A DNA stretch of 64,000 nt. It comes from an uncultured Gemmatimonadales bacterium. GTDB taxonomy: Bacteria; Gemmatimonadota; Gemmatimonadetes; Gemmatimonadales; Gemmatimonadaceae. The notes beneath the pieces were generated by a model, which was given only the letters and a program-made list of their open reading frames with translations, ran no database searches and was not told where the DNA came from. Where the stretch lies: assembly GCA_963793305.1 (NCBI GenBank), contig CAWBZV010000003.1, positions 1,088,001-1,152,000 on the forward strand, read 5' to 3'. Positions 29,220-39,357 of the stretch are shown one piece after another (the first letter of the stretch is position 1; each line of letters begins with the position of its first letter). The translations under genes and the position numbers were made by a program.

Positions 29220-32200
29220 ATGACGACACTCGATGTCGGAGGAGTGCGACGTGCCGTGCTCACGATTGGCCTTGCAGCGCTGTCGAGCGTTGCGTGGAGC
29301 CAAGCGCAGAGCCAAGGAACAGCGCGGCGCATTACGGGGCACGTCCTCGACGCTGACGGCAAAGCGCCGATTCCCGCCGCGACGGTTCGCGTCGCCAACA
29401 GTACGTTCGGGGCAGCCACCTCGGACAGCGGCGCTTTCGCGCTGCGCGCGCCGGACGGACCGCTCACGCTGACCGTTCGACGGATCGGCTACACGAGTGC
29501 CACCGTCTCGGTGGCGGCCGACCAGAATGACGTGACGATCTCGCTCACGCGCGACGTCCTCAAGCTCGACGCGGAAGTGATCACCGGCGTCGCCACCACG
29601 ATCTCGTCGAAGAACTCGGCCAACAATGTCGCGGTGCTCAACGCCGACCAGATCTCGAGCGTGCCCGCGCCGACGATCGAGAACGCCCTCCAGGGCAAGA
29701 TCGCGGGCGCCGTGATTCAGCAGAACAACGGCGGCGCGCCGGGCGGCGGCATGCAGGTCCAGATCCGCGGCATCACGTCGATCAACTCCGTCGCCGAGCC
29801 GTTGTACGTGGTCGATGGCGTGATCGTGAACAACGAGACCGTGAACAGCGGCGCGAACGCGATCAGCGGCGCCGCGAACAACACGATCATCCAGTCGAAC
29901 CAGGATAACAGCCCGAACCGGATCGCCGACTTGAACCCCAACGACATCGAGTCGATCGAGGTGCTGAAGGGCGCCTCGGCCGCCGCGATCTACGGCGGGA
30001 AGGCGGCCTCGGGCGTGATCGTGATCACGACAAAGAAAGGGATTCCCGGCAAGCCGCAATGGGACCTCTCGGGTCAGACCGGGACGTACTTCGCCGGCAA
30101 TACCCTGAATCTCCGCCAATTCCCGACGCAAAAAAGCGCCCAATTATGGTGGAACAATGACGCCGGCAAAACCGGCGCGCTCCCGGCCGGTTACTACGGC
30201 GGCAACCAGGACTTCCAGAACCAGCTGTTCGGCGGCGGCCAGCTGTCCGGCCAGGGCGACCTGTCCGTGCGTGGCGCGACGAACACCACGAACTACTTCG
30301 CGTCGCTGCATGATCAGTACGACAACGGGATCATGCAAGGGACCGGATACAATAAGCAGGCAATCCGGACCAACCTGACGCAGACGTTTTCGTCGGCGCT
30401 CACCGCCTCGACGAATCTCTATTATCAGCACTCGGTGACGACCCGCGGGGTTACCGGGAACGACAACGTCGGCATCAGCCCGTACAATGTCTTCTCGGTC
30501 ACGCCCCAGTTCTACAACATGAACGCGATGACGAGCACCGGGTGGATCAACAACCCATTCGGTTTCTCCAATCCATTCCAGGACGCCGCGGAGATTCAGA
30601 CGCCGGACAACGTCAACCGCTTCATCGGCGGCGGGACGGTGTCGTATCAGATCCTGCACACGAACCAGCACGACCTGAAAGTGTCGCTGATCGCCGGCGT
30701 CGACATCTCCAACGAGCACGCTCTCAACTACGCCCCACCCGGCCTGGAGGTCGAGCAGCACCAGCCGCTGGACGGCGTGTCGAACGTGAACAACTCGGTC
30801 AACACGTACTACAACTACAACGTCAGCCTCGTTCACCACTTCACGGGGCTCTCGTGGCTCGACGCGACGACCTCGATCGGTGAATCGCAGGACCGCCGGA
30901 CGCTCGACAACCCGAACATCGTCGGGCAGAACCTGCCGACGGGCATCGTCACGCCAACCTCGGGCGCGGTGCAGAGCGCGTTCGAGTACAAGTCGGACGT
31001 CAAGACGTTGTCGTTGTACGCCCAGGAGCAGGTCCTCACGCTCTCGCAGCGGTTGGCGCTGACGGCCGGCCTGACGGCGGACCGCAACTCCAACAACGGC
31101 GGCTTCGAGCGCTACTATCTCTACCCAAAGTTCTCCGGCTCGTTGATCCTGCCGACGTTCGCGAAGTTCATCGACGAGTTCAAACTCCGTTCCGCCTACG
31201 GCCGCTCGGGGACGGCACCCACCTACGGCTACAACTACCCGAACTCGGCCAGCTGCACGTCGCAGCTCAATGCGAGCTTCCACGCGCTGGCCTGCGGATT
31301 CCTGCCGACGATCCCCGCGTTCAATCTCAACGACGTGAACCTGAGGCCCGAGCAAAGTGCCGAAACCGAGGCGGGCCTCGACATCACGATGTTCAAGTCG
31401 CGGGCCCAGTTCTCCGGTACCGTCTACAACAAGCAGGTCTCGGACCTCGTGTTGTTCGAAGCCCCACCGGGATCCTCCGGTATCTCGCAGCAAGTCGTGA
31501 ACGGGGGCAAGTTCCACAATCAGGGCATCGAGCTCTCCCTGCAATTCTCGCCGATCGCTAGCGACCGGGGCCTGACCTGGATCTCCAACACGACGTTCTA
31601 TCGGAACTACAGCCGGGTCGACGCACTGCCGGATAACAGCGCGTCATTCCCGACGACCTATCAGTTCGGCGGCGCGTTCGGCACGAACCTCATTCAGGTC
31701 GGCCGGTCGATCTCGCAGATCGTGAACACCGGCGTCACGAGTCCGAATGGCACGAACCCGCAAGTCGGCGACGCCACGCCGTCCGATGTCATCAGCTTCA
31801 ATCAGCAGCTCTCGTTTGGTCGGTTCCACCTCAATGGCGTGCTCGATTGGTATGTCGGCGGCAGCGTCGGGAACCTGACGAACGCCTACTATGACAACGG
31901 CCTGTTCCTGCTCGCGGACTCCGCCGCGTCGGCGAAGCGTATCGCGGCAGCCCAAGCCGGCGGTGCGCCGTACGTCGAGTCCGCGCGGTTCGTGAAACTG
32001 CGCGAGGTGCGCCTGAGTTGGGACGTGCCAGACAAGTGGGTCGGTGTCATCGGCCGGGGCCGCGTCCGCACCATGCGGATCGACGTGTCGGGCCGCAACC
32101 TCTTCTGGAGCTTCCCGTACACGGGTCTCGATCCGGAAGTCTCGAACTTCGGAACCCTCGCGGTCGGACGCGGTCAGGACGTGACCCCGTATCCGCCGGC

Positions 32201-32237
32201 GAGAAGCATCTTCTTCGGCGTCGACCTGGGGCTTTGA
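29220..32237 (+). CDS. SusC/RagA-family TonB-dependent outer membrane protein
   Basis: PLYVVDG, DLNPNDIESIEVLKGASAAAIYG...GVIVITTK, YTGLDPEV, YPPAR. Confidence 0.95.
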   Translation: MTTLDVGGVRRAVLTIGLAALSSVAWSQAQSQGTARRITGHVLDADGKAPIPAATVRVANSTFGAATSDSGAFALRAPDGPLTLTVRRIGYTSATVSVAADQNDVTISLTRDVLKLDAEVITGVATTISSKNSANNVAVLNADQISSVPAPTIENALQGKIAGAVIQQNNGGAPGGGMQVQIRGITSINSVAEPLYVVDGVIVNNETVNSGANAISGAANNTIIQSNQDNSPNRIADLNPNDIESIEVLKGASAAAIYGGKAASGVIVITTKKGIPGKPQWDLSGQTGTYFAGNTLNLRQFPTQKSAQLWWNNDAGKTGALPAGYYGGNQDFQNQLFGGGQLSGQGDLSVRGATNTTNYFASLHDQYDNGIMQGTGYNKQAIRTNLTQTFSSALTASTNLYYQHSVTTRGVTGNDNVGISPYNVFSVTPQFYNMNAMTSTGWINNPFGFSNPFQDAAEIQTPDNVNRFIGGGTVSYQILHTNQHDLKVSLIAGVDISNEHALNYAPPGLEVEQHQPLDGVSNVNNSVNTYYNYNVSLVHHFTGLSWLDATTSIGESQDRRTLDNPNIVGQNLPTGIVTPTSGAVQSAFEYKSDVKTLSLYAQEQVLTLSQRLALTAGLTADRNSNNGGFERYYLYPKFSGSLILPTFAKFIDEFKLRSAYGRSGTAPTYGYNYPNSASCTSQLNASFHALACGFLPTIPAFNLNDVNLRPEQSAETEAGLDITMFKSRAQFSGTVYNKQVSDLVLFEAPPGSSGISQQVVNGGKFHNQGIELSLQFSPIASDRGLTWISNTTFYRNYSRVDALPDNSASFPTTYQFGGAFGTNLIQVGRSISQIVNTGVTSPNGTNPQVGDATPSDVISFNQQLSFGRFHLNGVLDWYVGGSVGNLTNAYYDNGLFLLADSAASAKRIAAAQAGGAPYVESARFVKLREVRLSWDVPDKWVGVIGRGRVRTMRIDVSGRNLFWSFPYTGLDPEVSNFGTLAVGRGQDVTPYPPARSIFFGVDLGL

Positions 32238-32239
32238 CC

Positions 32240-33730
32240 ATGAAGAAATATTCTCTTCGGACGATCATGGCCGGCCTGGTGCTCGGGGTCGGCGCGTGCA
32301 ACACGGATCCAGTGGCGAACCTCAATCAGGTCAAGCCCGGACTGGACCACACCTCGTTCAATGAGCTCTTCGAGGGCGTGCTGTACTTCACGCGCATCAA
32401 TCTGGGCAACCAGACCATCATGTTCGCGAGCTTCTCACGAGACGCCATCAACTTCACGACGACGGACAACGAGTTCGTCACGATGTGGGGCGGCGATGGC
32501 ACCCCGATCTCGAGCTCGCGGTTCTACGGCACGGTGAACTGGACGAACTGGTTCACGGCCATTCGGCAAGCGCAGCAGATACTCGACTCCCTGCCGAGGG
32601 CGGTCCCCGCCTATTCGGCCGGCGACATGGCCAAGTGGAAGGGCGTCATCTACACGACCGAAGCCTACGCGTACATGAACGCCGAGATGAACAAGGACAC
32701 GCTCGGGTTGCCCTACAACGGGCCGCTCGGCAACGTCAACACGCCCGCGCCGATTCTGTGCGCGCGCGACGCGTGGAAGGCGATCGTGGGGCTCCTCGAT
32801 TCCGCCGAGACACAGCTCAACGTCGATCAGTCGGCCGGGCTTCCGATGCCGTTGCCGGCCGGATTCAGTGCCGTGAGCGCTCAGGCGAGCCCGAGCACGA
32901 CCTCGGGATCGTTCGCGGCGTTCAATCGTGCGCTAGCGGCGAGGGCCAACCTGGAGTTGGCGTACGCGATCGCCCGCTCGCCGGGCGGCACGCCGCCGAC
33001 GCCGACTACGACGGGATCACCGGACGCCGCGGCGTTGAACCGCGCGGACAGTGCGTTGCATGCGTCGGCGCTGTACAGCCCTGGGTCGCTCGCGCCACCG
33101 CTGCCGGGCGATTTCACGGAAGCGTTGGCCGTGTACCAGAACTTCTCGGGTTCGTCCGGTGACATCGCGAATCCGTGGCAGGGTGCGTATCAGACGACAG
33201 CCTATGTGCTCAACGAGGCGATCGCCGATATCGAACCGGGCGACAACCGCTTGGTCAAGGTCATCCCTCCCACGGACAGCGCGGGCACGCCGTACGCGCC
33301 CGGAGTCGCATCGTACAACACCTTTGGGATGTATCAAACCCCGGCCAGCCCGATGCCGATGATCCGCAACGAGGAGCTGAACCTGTTCGAGGCGCAGATC
33401 CGGCTCGGGTTGAACGACCTCACGGGCGCGGTGAACGCGATCAACGCCGTGCGGGTGAATGTTGGTGGACTGCCAGCGATCAGCGCGGCGGGTCAGACGT
33501 ACTTCACGCTGCGCAATCAGATTCTGCACGAGTTGCGCGCGTCGACGATGGGTGAGCCGAATGGTGACCGTGTGGCCGCTATTCGCGATTATGGAATGGC
33601 CACCGTTGCCGACACGACGTGGGACCATGATGGTCCGAAACAAGGTCCGGACCTTCACACTACGGTCGAACCGTTCCCGACGACGGACATCACGACGCGG
33701 AATGGGAATACGTCGTACGTCTGTCCGTAG
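32240..33730 (+). CDS. SusD/RagB-family lipoprotein
   Basis: Lipobox VGAC; MIRNEELNL.EA, ILHELR; directly follows SusC. Confidence 0.85.
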   Translation: MKKYSLRTIMAGLVLGVGACNTDPVANLNQVKPGLDHTSFNELFEGVLYFTRINLGNQTIMFASFSRDAINFTTTDNEFVTMWGGDGTPISSSRFYGTVNWTNWFTAIRQAQQILDSLPRAVPAYSAGDMAKWKGVIYTTEAYAYMNAEMNKDTLGLPYNGPLGNVNTPAPILCARDAWKAIVGLLDSAETQLNVDQSAGLPMPLPAGFSAVSAQASPSTTSGSFAAFNRALAARANLELAYAIARSPGGTPPTPTTTGSPDAAALNRADSALHASALYSPGSLAPPLPGDFTEALAVYQNFSGSSGDIANPWQGAYQTTAYVLNEAIADIEPGDNRLVKVIPPTDSAGTPYAPGVASYNTFGMYQTPASPMPMIRNEELNLFEAQIRLGLNDLTGAVNAINAVRVNVGGLPAISAAGQTYFTLRNQILHELRASTMGEPNGDRVAAIRDYGMATVADTTWDHDGPKQGPDLHTTVEPFPTTDITTRNGNTSYVCP

Positions 33731-34259
33731 CGTGTTCTAGCGCAATCAGTGCGGCCACCGTGGCGAGCTTCTCGTCTTCACGCCACGGTGGCCCCTGGGG
33801 CCTCCGCAGGGTCACCACGCGCCCTTTCAGGTCTCGCTCCTGCACCGCGACCACCGTGAAGCCACACTCGGCGGCTGCGTCGGCGATAGCCGTGCGAAAG
33901 AGCAGCCCCTCGGCTGCGTGCAGCAACGGATGCGACGCGAGTATCTTCGCCAGCGGCGGTCGCTTCTGATTCGGGTCGTGCCCGACGCCGCACCCCACGA
34001 TGTTGTGCTCTTCCAGCGCGCGCCGTATGGCATTTGTCGCGAGCTTCCGCGCACGCGAAGCGGCGTGCTCAATAGCCTTCTCGGCGTCCGGAAGATCGAG
34101 CCCGCGGGCCCCGTGATAGGGCTGAACGGTACGAGGAGGCCCGGAGCCGGCCAGGTTGATGTGGCGCCGTTCGATAACGGCAGTGGCCGACACGACGACC
34201 ATGGCCGCCCATCCAGACCGCGCCCGGAATCCCAGCGCTACGGGTTCGCCACGTCCCAT
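33690..34259 (-). CDS. Hypothetical protein
   Basis: 189-aa ORF filling the gap (ALGFRARSGWAAMV...HPLLHAAEG). Confidence 0.6.
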   Translation of the reverse strand: MGRGEPVALGFRARSGWAAMVVVSATAVIERRHINLAGSGPPRTVQPYHGARGLDLPDAEKAIEHAASRARKLATNAIRRALEEHNIVGCGVGHDPNQKRPPLAKILASHPLLHAAEGLLFRTAIADAAAECGFTVVAVQERDLKGRVVTLRRPQGPPWREDEKLATVAALIALEHATDRRTTYSHSAS

Positions 34260-34288
34260 GATTATTGTTAAATAGAGGCCCTTGAGCC

Positions 34289-35203
34289 ATGCCCGCCAGC
34301 TTTAACGCCCCCATCCTGGCCGAAAGCGCCCCGGCCGGTCTCCGACTGAACTTCGTGTCGGTGGCTCTCCTGTTGGGTTTCGCGGGCCTCGGCGCCTGGA
34401 CCCTGCTGACGCTGAACAGCGTCGCGGGCGCGATCGTTGGCGGAGCGCTGGCGATTCTGACCGGCATGGCGCCCCAGGTCGCCCGCCAATGGGAGCGTGT
34501 CGTCGTGCTCCGCCTCGGCCGCTATCAGGGCCTCCGCGGCCCAGGCCTCTTCTGGCTGATCCCGTTCGTCGACACGATTTCGACTTGGGTCGACCAGCGG
34601 GTGATCACGACTGCCTTCGCGGCCGAGGAGACACTCACGTCGGACACGGTGCCGGTGAACGTGGATGCCGTGCTCTTCTGGATGGTCCACGATCCCGAGC
34701 GCGCGGCGTTGGAGGTGCAGCACTATCCGCAAGCCGTCTCGTGGGCCGCGCAAACCGGGCTCCGCGATATTATCGGTCGCACATCGCTCAGCGAGTTGCT
34801 CCGCGGCCGCGAGCGCATCGAGTCGGAGCTGCAAGAGCTGATCGATCAGCGGAGCATGCCCTGGGGTATCACTGTCCAAGCGGTCGAGATGCGCGATATC
34901 GTGATCCCCACGACCCTCCAGGACGCGATGTCGCGCGAAGCCCAAGCCGCGCGTGAAAAACGCGCCCGCATCATCCTCGGCGAGGCCGAGGTCGAGATCG
35001 CGGCATTGTTCGACGAGGCTTCGAAAGCCTACGCCAACAACCCTACGGCGCTACATCTCCGCGCCATGAACATCCTCTACGAAGGCCTCAAGGAGAAAGG
35101 CGCGCTGATGCTCGTCCCATCGACGGCCGTCGAGTCGATGGGACTCGGCGGGCTCCTCGGTGCGGCCGCGCTCGGACAGCAGCAGCGGGGAGAGAAGCAA
35201 TAA
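34289..35203 (+). CDS. SPFH/slipin (stomatin-like) protein
   Basis: WERVVVLRLGR, GPGLF, TLTSDTVPVNVDAV, AQTGLRDIIG. Confidence 0.93.
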   Translation: MPASFNAPILAESAPAGLRLNFVSVALLLGFAGLGAWTLLTLNSVAGAIVGGALAILTGMAPQVARQWERVVVLRLGRYQGLRGPGLFWLIPFVDTISTWVDQRVITTAFAAEETLTSDTVPVNVDAVLFWMVHDPERAALEVQHYPQAVSWAAQTGLRDIIGRTSLSELLRGRERIESELQELIDQRSMPWGITVQAVEMRDIVIPTTLQDAMSREAQAAREKRARIILGEAEVEIAALFDEASKAYANNPTALHLRAMNILYEGLKEKGALMLVPSTAVESMGLGGLLGAAALGQQQRGEKQ

Positions 35204-35237
35204 CGGAATCGTGACGAGTGGTATCTAGCATGCGACC

Positions 35238-37886
35238 ATGCTGCTCGCCGCGCTCACGCTTCTCTTCCAGATCGACTCCACGCCACCCCGTCGAGTCGAT
35301 GACCCAGGCGTCGTCACGACTCGACAGACGATTACGCCAGCCGGGGCTCAAGCTGTCCTGACCGGCCGGGTCCATGGCGTGGCATTCGGCCGGGATTCGG
35401 ACGACGTATGGGTGCTCGTCAGCGGCCGACCCGGCGCACTGGTCCACCTCGCCTGGGCCACCAACCGCGTCCTCGGTCGCGTGGTGCTCGACTCGCTGAG
35501 CTCCCCGGGGATGCAGTCGATCGCACTGGATCCGGTCACCCGTCAGCCATACCTGGCATTGGGTGCGTCGATTGTCGACACACACCCCAAGCCCAAGAAA
35601 AACAAAAAGCCCAAAAAGAAAAAGTCCGGGCGAGTCGGCCCGCCCATGCGCCCGGTCGTCCGATTCGCCGTAGTCGAAGGAGACTCGACGAGGATGCTGT
35701 CCGAGCTACCGACCGCGGGCGGGACGACCGGCCCGTTGGCGATCGCGACAACGCGCGATGCCCATGGGCACCGGATCGCACTGGTGACGTTGACCGATGA
35801 TGACACGCTCGCCGTGATCGACATCCAGACGGGCGCGGTCGTACGCAAGCTGGCCACCGGCATCGCCCCGTTCGCGGCGGTGATCGATTCGGCCGGGACG
35901 GTCGCATACGTATCGAACTGGGGCGGCCGTCGCCCGCGCGTCGGCGAGCGGTGGGCGCGGACCGGCGATGATTCCACCGCTGACCGCGTGGTGATCGATG
36001 CACGCGGTGTCGCGGCCACCGGGACCGTCACCCGGCTCGACCTCGCGACCGGAGCGCGGACGACGATCGCCGTCGGCCTCCATCCCACGGCCATGGTCTG
36101 GGACGAGCCGCGCCACCGGATCTTCGTGGCAGACGGGAATGCCGACTCGGTCTCGGTGATCGAGACGACGACCAACACGGTCGTCCAGACCATCTCGCTC
36201 AATCCATTCGCCGGCCATCCCTTCGGTGTCGCTCCCACCGCCGTCGCGGTGAGCCCGGATGGGTTGACGCTCTTCGTCGCCTGCGGCGGAGTGAACGCGA
36301 TCGCCGTCGTCGACATTGATCACAACACCGTGCGCGGCCTCATTCCCACGGCATGGTATCCAGCGAGTCTGGCGGTGAGCCGCGACGGGCGCTCGCTGGC
36401 GGTGGGCGCGATCCTCGGCGTGGGGTCGGGCCCCATCGCTCCAGTGCTCGATGCCGTTACCTCCGACAAGGGCGACGAACGGTTCTTCCCGCACGGGCCG
36501 CGTCCCGATGCGCGGTATGTCCATGCCTATCGCGGCACCGTCAGCGTCATTCCGGTACCCGACGACACCCAGCTCGCGGCCTACACCACGGCGGTGACGC
36601 AGAACGACCGCCTCTCCCTGACGACCCCGCCCGCCGACAGCACGGCCAGCTGGCCAACGATCGACCACGTCGTCTACGTCGTGCGCGAAAACCGGTCATA
36701 CGACCAGGTCTTAGGCGATATCGGCAAGGGCAATTCCGATTCGTCGCTCACCATGTACGGCCGTGACATCACGCCGAACGCGCACCGGCTGGCCGCGCAG
36801 TTCGTGCTGCTCGACAATTTCTATGCGACGGGCGGCAACAGCGGTGACGGGCACCAGTGGGTGACGCAAGCCAACGAGACCGAGTACACGATCTGGCCAG
36901 GGTATGGCCATCGCAGCTACCCAAAGAACGGCAACGATCCGCTCGCGTACTCGAAGACCGGTTTTATCTGGAACGCGGCGGCGGAGCGGAACAAGACCAT
37001 TGCGATTTTCGGCGAGTACGTTGGCTATCTCCCGAAGCCGAAGCACGAGAGCGACAGTGTGGCGCTATTCGAGCTCGCGAAGTATCGGCGCGGCGCGACC
37101 TACGTCGGCCGGTTCGCGACGCGCGCCCCCATCACCGCGATCCAGCAATACGTGGTGTCCGACTATCCCGCGTACGGCACCCAGATCCCCAACGTCGCCC
37201 GGGCCCGCATCTTCGCGCGGCATGTCGCGCACTGGGACTCGACCGGTGTCATGCCGAACCTGGTGATCGTGCAATTGCCGTGCGACCATACGGCGGGTAT
37301 GACTCCGGGTTGGACGACGCCGAGCGCCATGGTCGCCGACAACGATCTCGCGTTGGGTCGCATCGTCGATGCGTTGTCGCACTCGCGCTTCTGGGGCTCG
37401 ATGGCGATCTTCATCGTCGAGGACGATGCGCAGGGCGGCGTCGACCACGTCGATGGGCACCGCACGGTCGCGTTGGCCGCGAGCCCGTTCATCCGGCACG
37501 GCACGATCGACCACACATTCTACTCGCAGCCGAGTCTCCTCCGAACCATCGAAGGCATCCTCGGACTCCGGCACCTCACGATGTTCGATTTGGTCGCGAA
37601 CGACCTTCGTGCAAGCTTCTCGGACAGCGCCGATCTCACGCCCTATACGGTGCAGGAGCCGGTCCAATCGATCTATGAGCCGAACGCCGAGATCGCGGCA
37701 CTGAGCGGACCGGCGAAGCACGCGGCCGTTGCGTCGGCGACGATGAACTGGCGCGAGCCGGATATGGCGCCGGCCATGACGCTCAACAAGATCCTGTGGC
37801 ACGACGTGCGTGGATGGGCGACGCCGTATCCCGAGCCAACCCACGCCGTGTTCGCGCCACTTGCGGCGCCTGACCCCGACCCGTGA
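35238..37886 (+). CDS. YVTN beta-propeller plus phosphoesterase (alkaline-phosphatase superfamily) protein
   Basis: YVSNWGG and DSVSVI repeats; VVRENRSYD, DNDLALG, EDDAQGGVDHVD. Confidence 0.9.
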   Translation: MLLAALTLLFQIDSTPPRRVDDPGVVTTRQTITPAGAQAVLTGRVHGVAFGRDSDDVWVLVSGRPGALVHLAWATNRVLGRVVLDSLSSPGMQSIALDPVTRQPYLALGASIVDTHPKPKKNKKPKKKKSGRVGPPMRPVVRFAVVEGDSTRMLSELPTAGGTTGPLAIATTRDAHGHRIALVTLTDDDTLAVIDIQTGAVVRKLATGIAPFAAVIDSAGTVAYVSNWGGRRPRVGERWARTGDDSTADRVVIDARGVAATGTVTRLDLATGARTTIAVGLHPTAMVWDEPRHRIFVADGNADSVSVIETTTNTVVQTISLNPFAGHPFGVAPTAVAVSPDGLTLFVACGGVNAIAVVDIDHNTVRGLIPTAWYPASLAVSRDGRSLAVGAILGVGSGPIAPVLDAVTSDKGDERFFPHGPRPDARYVHAYRGTVSVIPVPDDTQLAAYTTAVTQNDRLSLTTPPADSTASWPTIDHVVYVVRENRSYDQVLGDIGKGNSDSSLTMYGRDITPNAHRLAAQFVLLDNFYATGGNSGDGHQWVTQANETEYTIWPGYGHRSYPKNGNDPLAYSKTGFIWNAAAERNKTIAIFGEYVGYLPKPKHESDSVALFELAKYRRGATYVGRFATRAPITAIQQYVVSDYPAYGTQIPNVARARIFARHVAHWDSTGVMPNLVIVQLPCDHTAGMTPGWTTPSAMVADNDLALGRIVDALSHSRFWGSMAIFIVEDDAQGGVDHVDGHRTVALAASPFIRHGTIDHTFYSQPSLLRTIEGILGLRHLTMFDLVANDLRASFSDSADLTPYTVQEPVQSIYEPNAEIAALSGPAKHAAVASATMNWREPDMAPAMTLNKILWHDVRGWATPYPEPTHAVFAPLAAPDPDP

Positions 37887-37895
37887 TCGTTCCGC

Positions 37896-38220
37896 GTGGT
37901 GAAGGCACGCTTGACGTGGCGAACCGTCTGTCGCATTGGCCGTGAGTTCGAGGGGGTCGAGGAGTCGACGTTCCTACGGGACTCCGGCGCTCAAGGTCCG
38001 CGGCAAGCTGCTCGTGCGTCTGCGCGAGGACGGCGAGACGCTGGTCTTGATCACGACGTTCGTCGACCGGGACTTGCTGCTACGGGACAAGCCGCGGACG
38101 TTCTTTATCGAGGAGCACTACCGGAACTACCCGGCGATCTTGACGCGACTCACGCGCGTTGGCCCGAATCAACTCCGCGACATGATCGAGGCCGCCTGGT
38201 TGCGGGTGACCAAGCGATGA
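37896..38220 (+). CDS. MmcQ/YjbR-family protein, +1 frameshift near 37971
   Basis: GVEEST | SYGTPALKVRGK...FFIEEHYRNYP split across two frames. Confidence 0.8.
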
Positions 38221-38693
38221 AAGATCGCATCCATCTGCGCGGGCGATTCGCGGCGGCCGTGATCGAGCCACCACGTCATCAGCGAGATCAGTGCGCCAGC
38301 GAGCGCGAACGCGGTGGCGCTGTCTCCGAGCCGCTGCTCGAAGCTGCGCGCGAAGCATCCGCGCATGATGTCCAGCAGGTCCTGCAACTGCCCGGCCTCG
38401 GCGAGCGCCGCCACGAACCACTCCATGTGCGCCACGTGATCGAATAGCTCTCTCACCGGCGCGAGCCGGGGCGACACCTCGGCATTCGCGAAGCGCGTAC
38501 AGAACTCCTCGGCGTCGCTGAAAAAGAGATCGCTCTTGTCGCGATAGTGTGCGTAGAACGTCGACCGGCTGACGCGAGCCCGGTCGAGCACATCCTGGAC
38601 GGTGATCTCGTCGAACGGTTTCTCGTGGATCAGCGCGACGAGCGCGCCGCCGAGCGCGTTGCGCGTGCGCGTGCCGCGGCGCTTTTCGAACAT
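38169..38693 (-). CDS. TetR-family regulator
   Basis: RTRNAL..ALV.LI.EKPFDEITVQDVLDRARVSRSTFYAHY. Confidence 0.9.
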   Translation of the reverse strand: MFEKRRGTRTRNALGGALVALIHEKPFDEITVQDVLDRARVSRSTFYAHYRDKSDLFFSDAEEFCTRFANAEVSPRLAPVRELFDHVAHMEWFVAALAEAGQLQDLLDIMRGCFARSFEQRLGDSATAFALAGALISLMTWWLDHGRRESPAQMDAIFHRLVTRNQAASIMSRS

Positions 38694-38756
38694 TTCGGGG
38701 GTCAATGTTCGATTTCCATCGTTGACCGCCTTCGTACGCATAGCGACACTCCTCGC

Positions 38757-39357
38757 ATGACACGAGATCGCGCGGGTGGCACAGCGCTCATAGTGAGTGC
38801 CGGCGCCTGGATCATAGTAATGGCGTTCCATCCCACTGCGCGACAGCTCTTCGCGCCAGGACAGATGGACCAGGTCATTCGAGTAGGGACGGGCGTCCAC
38901 GCACTCGCGCTGCTCTCCCTCCCGGTCGCGTTCTTCGGCGCCGTGATTCTCTCGCAACGCCTCGAGGCCCTCGGCGCGCTGATCGCATACGGCTTCGGCG
39001 CCGTGGCGATTATGAATGCGGCGGTCTTCGACGGGCTCCTGGTGCCGAAGATCGCCGTCCGTATGAGTGACTCGGACACCTGGCGCATCCTGTTCCTGTA
39101 CAACGGGATGCTCAATCAGGCGTTCGCGCTCGTCTACGTCGTGGCGTCCTCGGCCGCGATCGTGCTGTGGTCGTTCGCGATGCGCCGTGAGGCCAAGGTC
39201 CTGGGCGTGGTCGGGATGATACTCGGCCCCCTGATCACGATCCCGGTACTGACCCATTCTGATTGGCCTCGACGCCCACGGATTCGGCATGATCGTGTTG
39301 GTCGAGGGCGCGTGGTTCATCGCCTCCGGTATCTGGCTAGTTCGTCTGAAGAGCTAA
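38757..39357 (+). CDS. Multi-TM membrane protein, frameshift near 39254
   Basis: Hydrophobic helices; removing one C restores ...GLDAHGFGMIVLVEGAWFIASGIWLVRLKS*. Confidence 0.65.
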
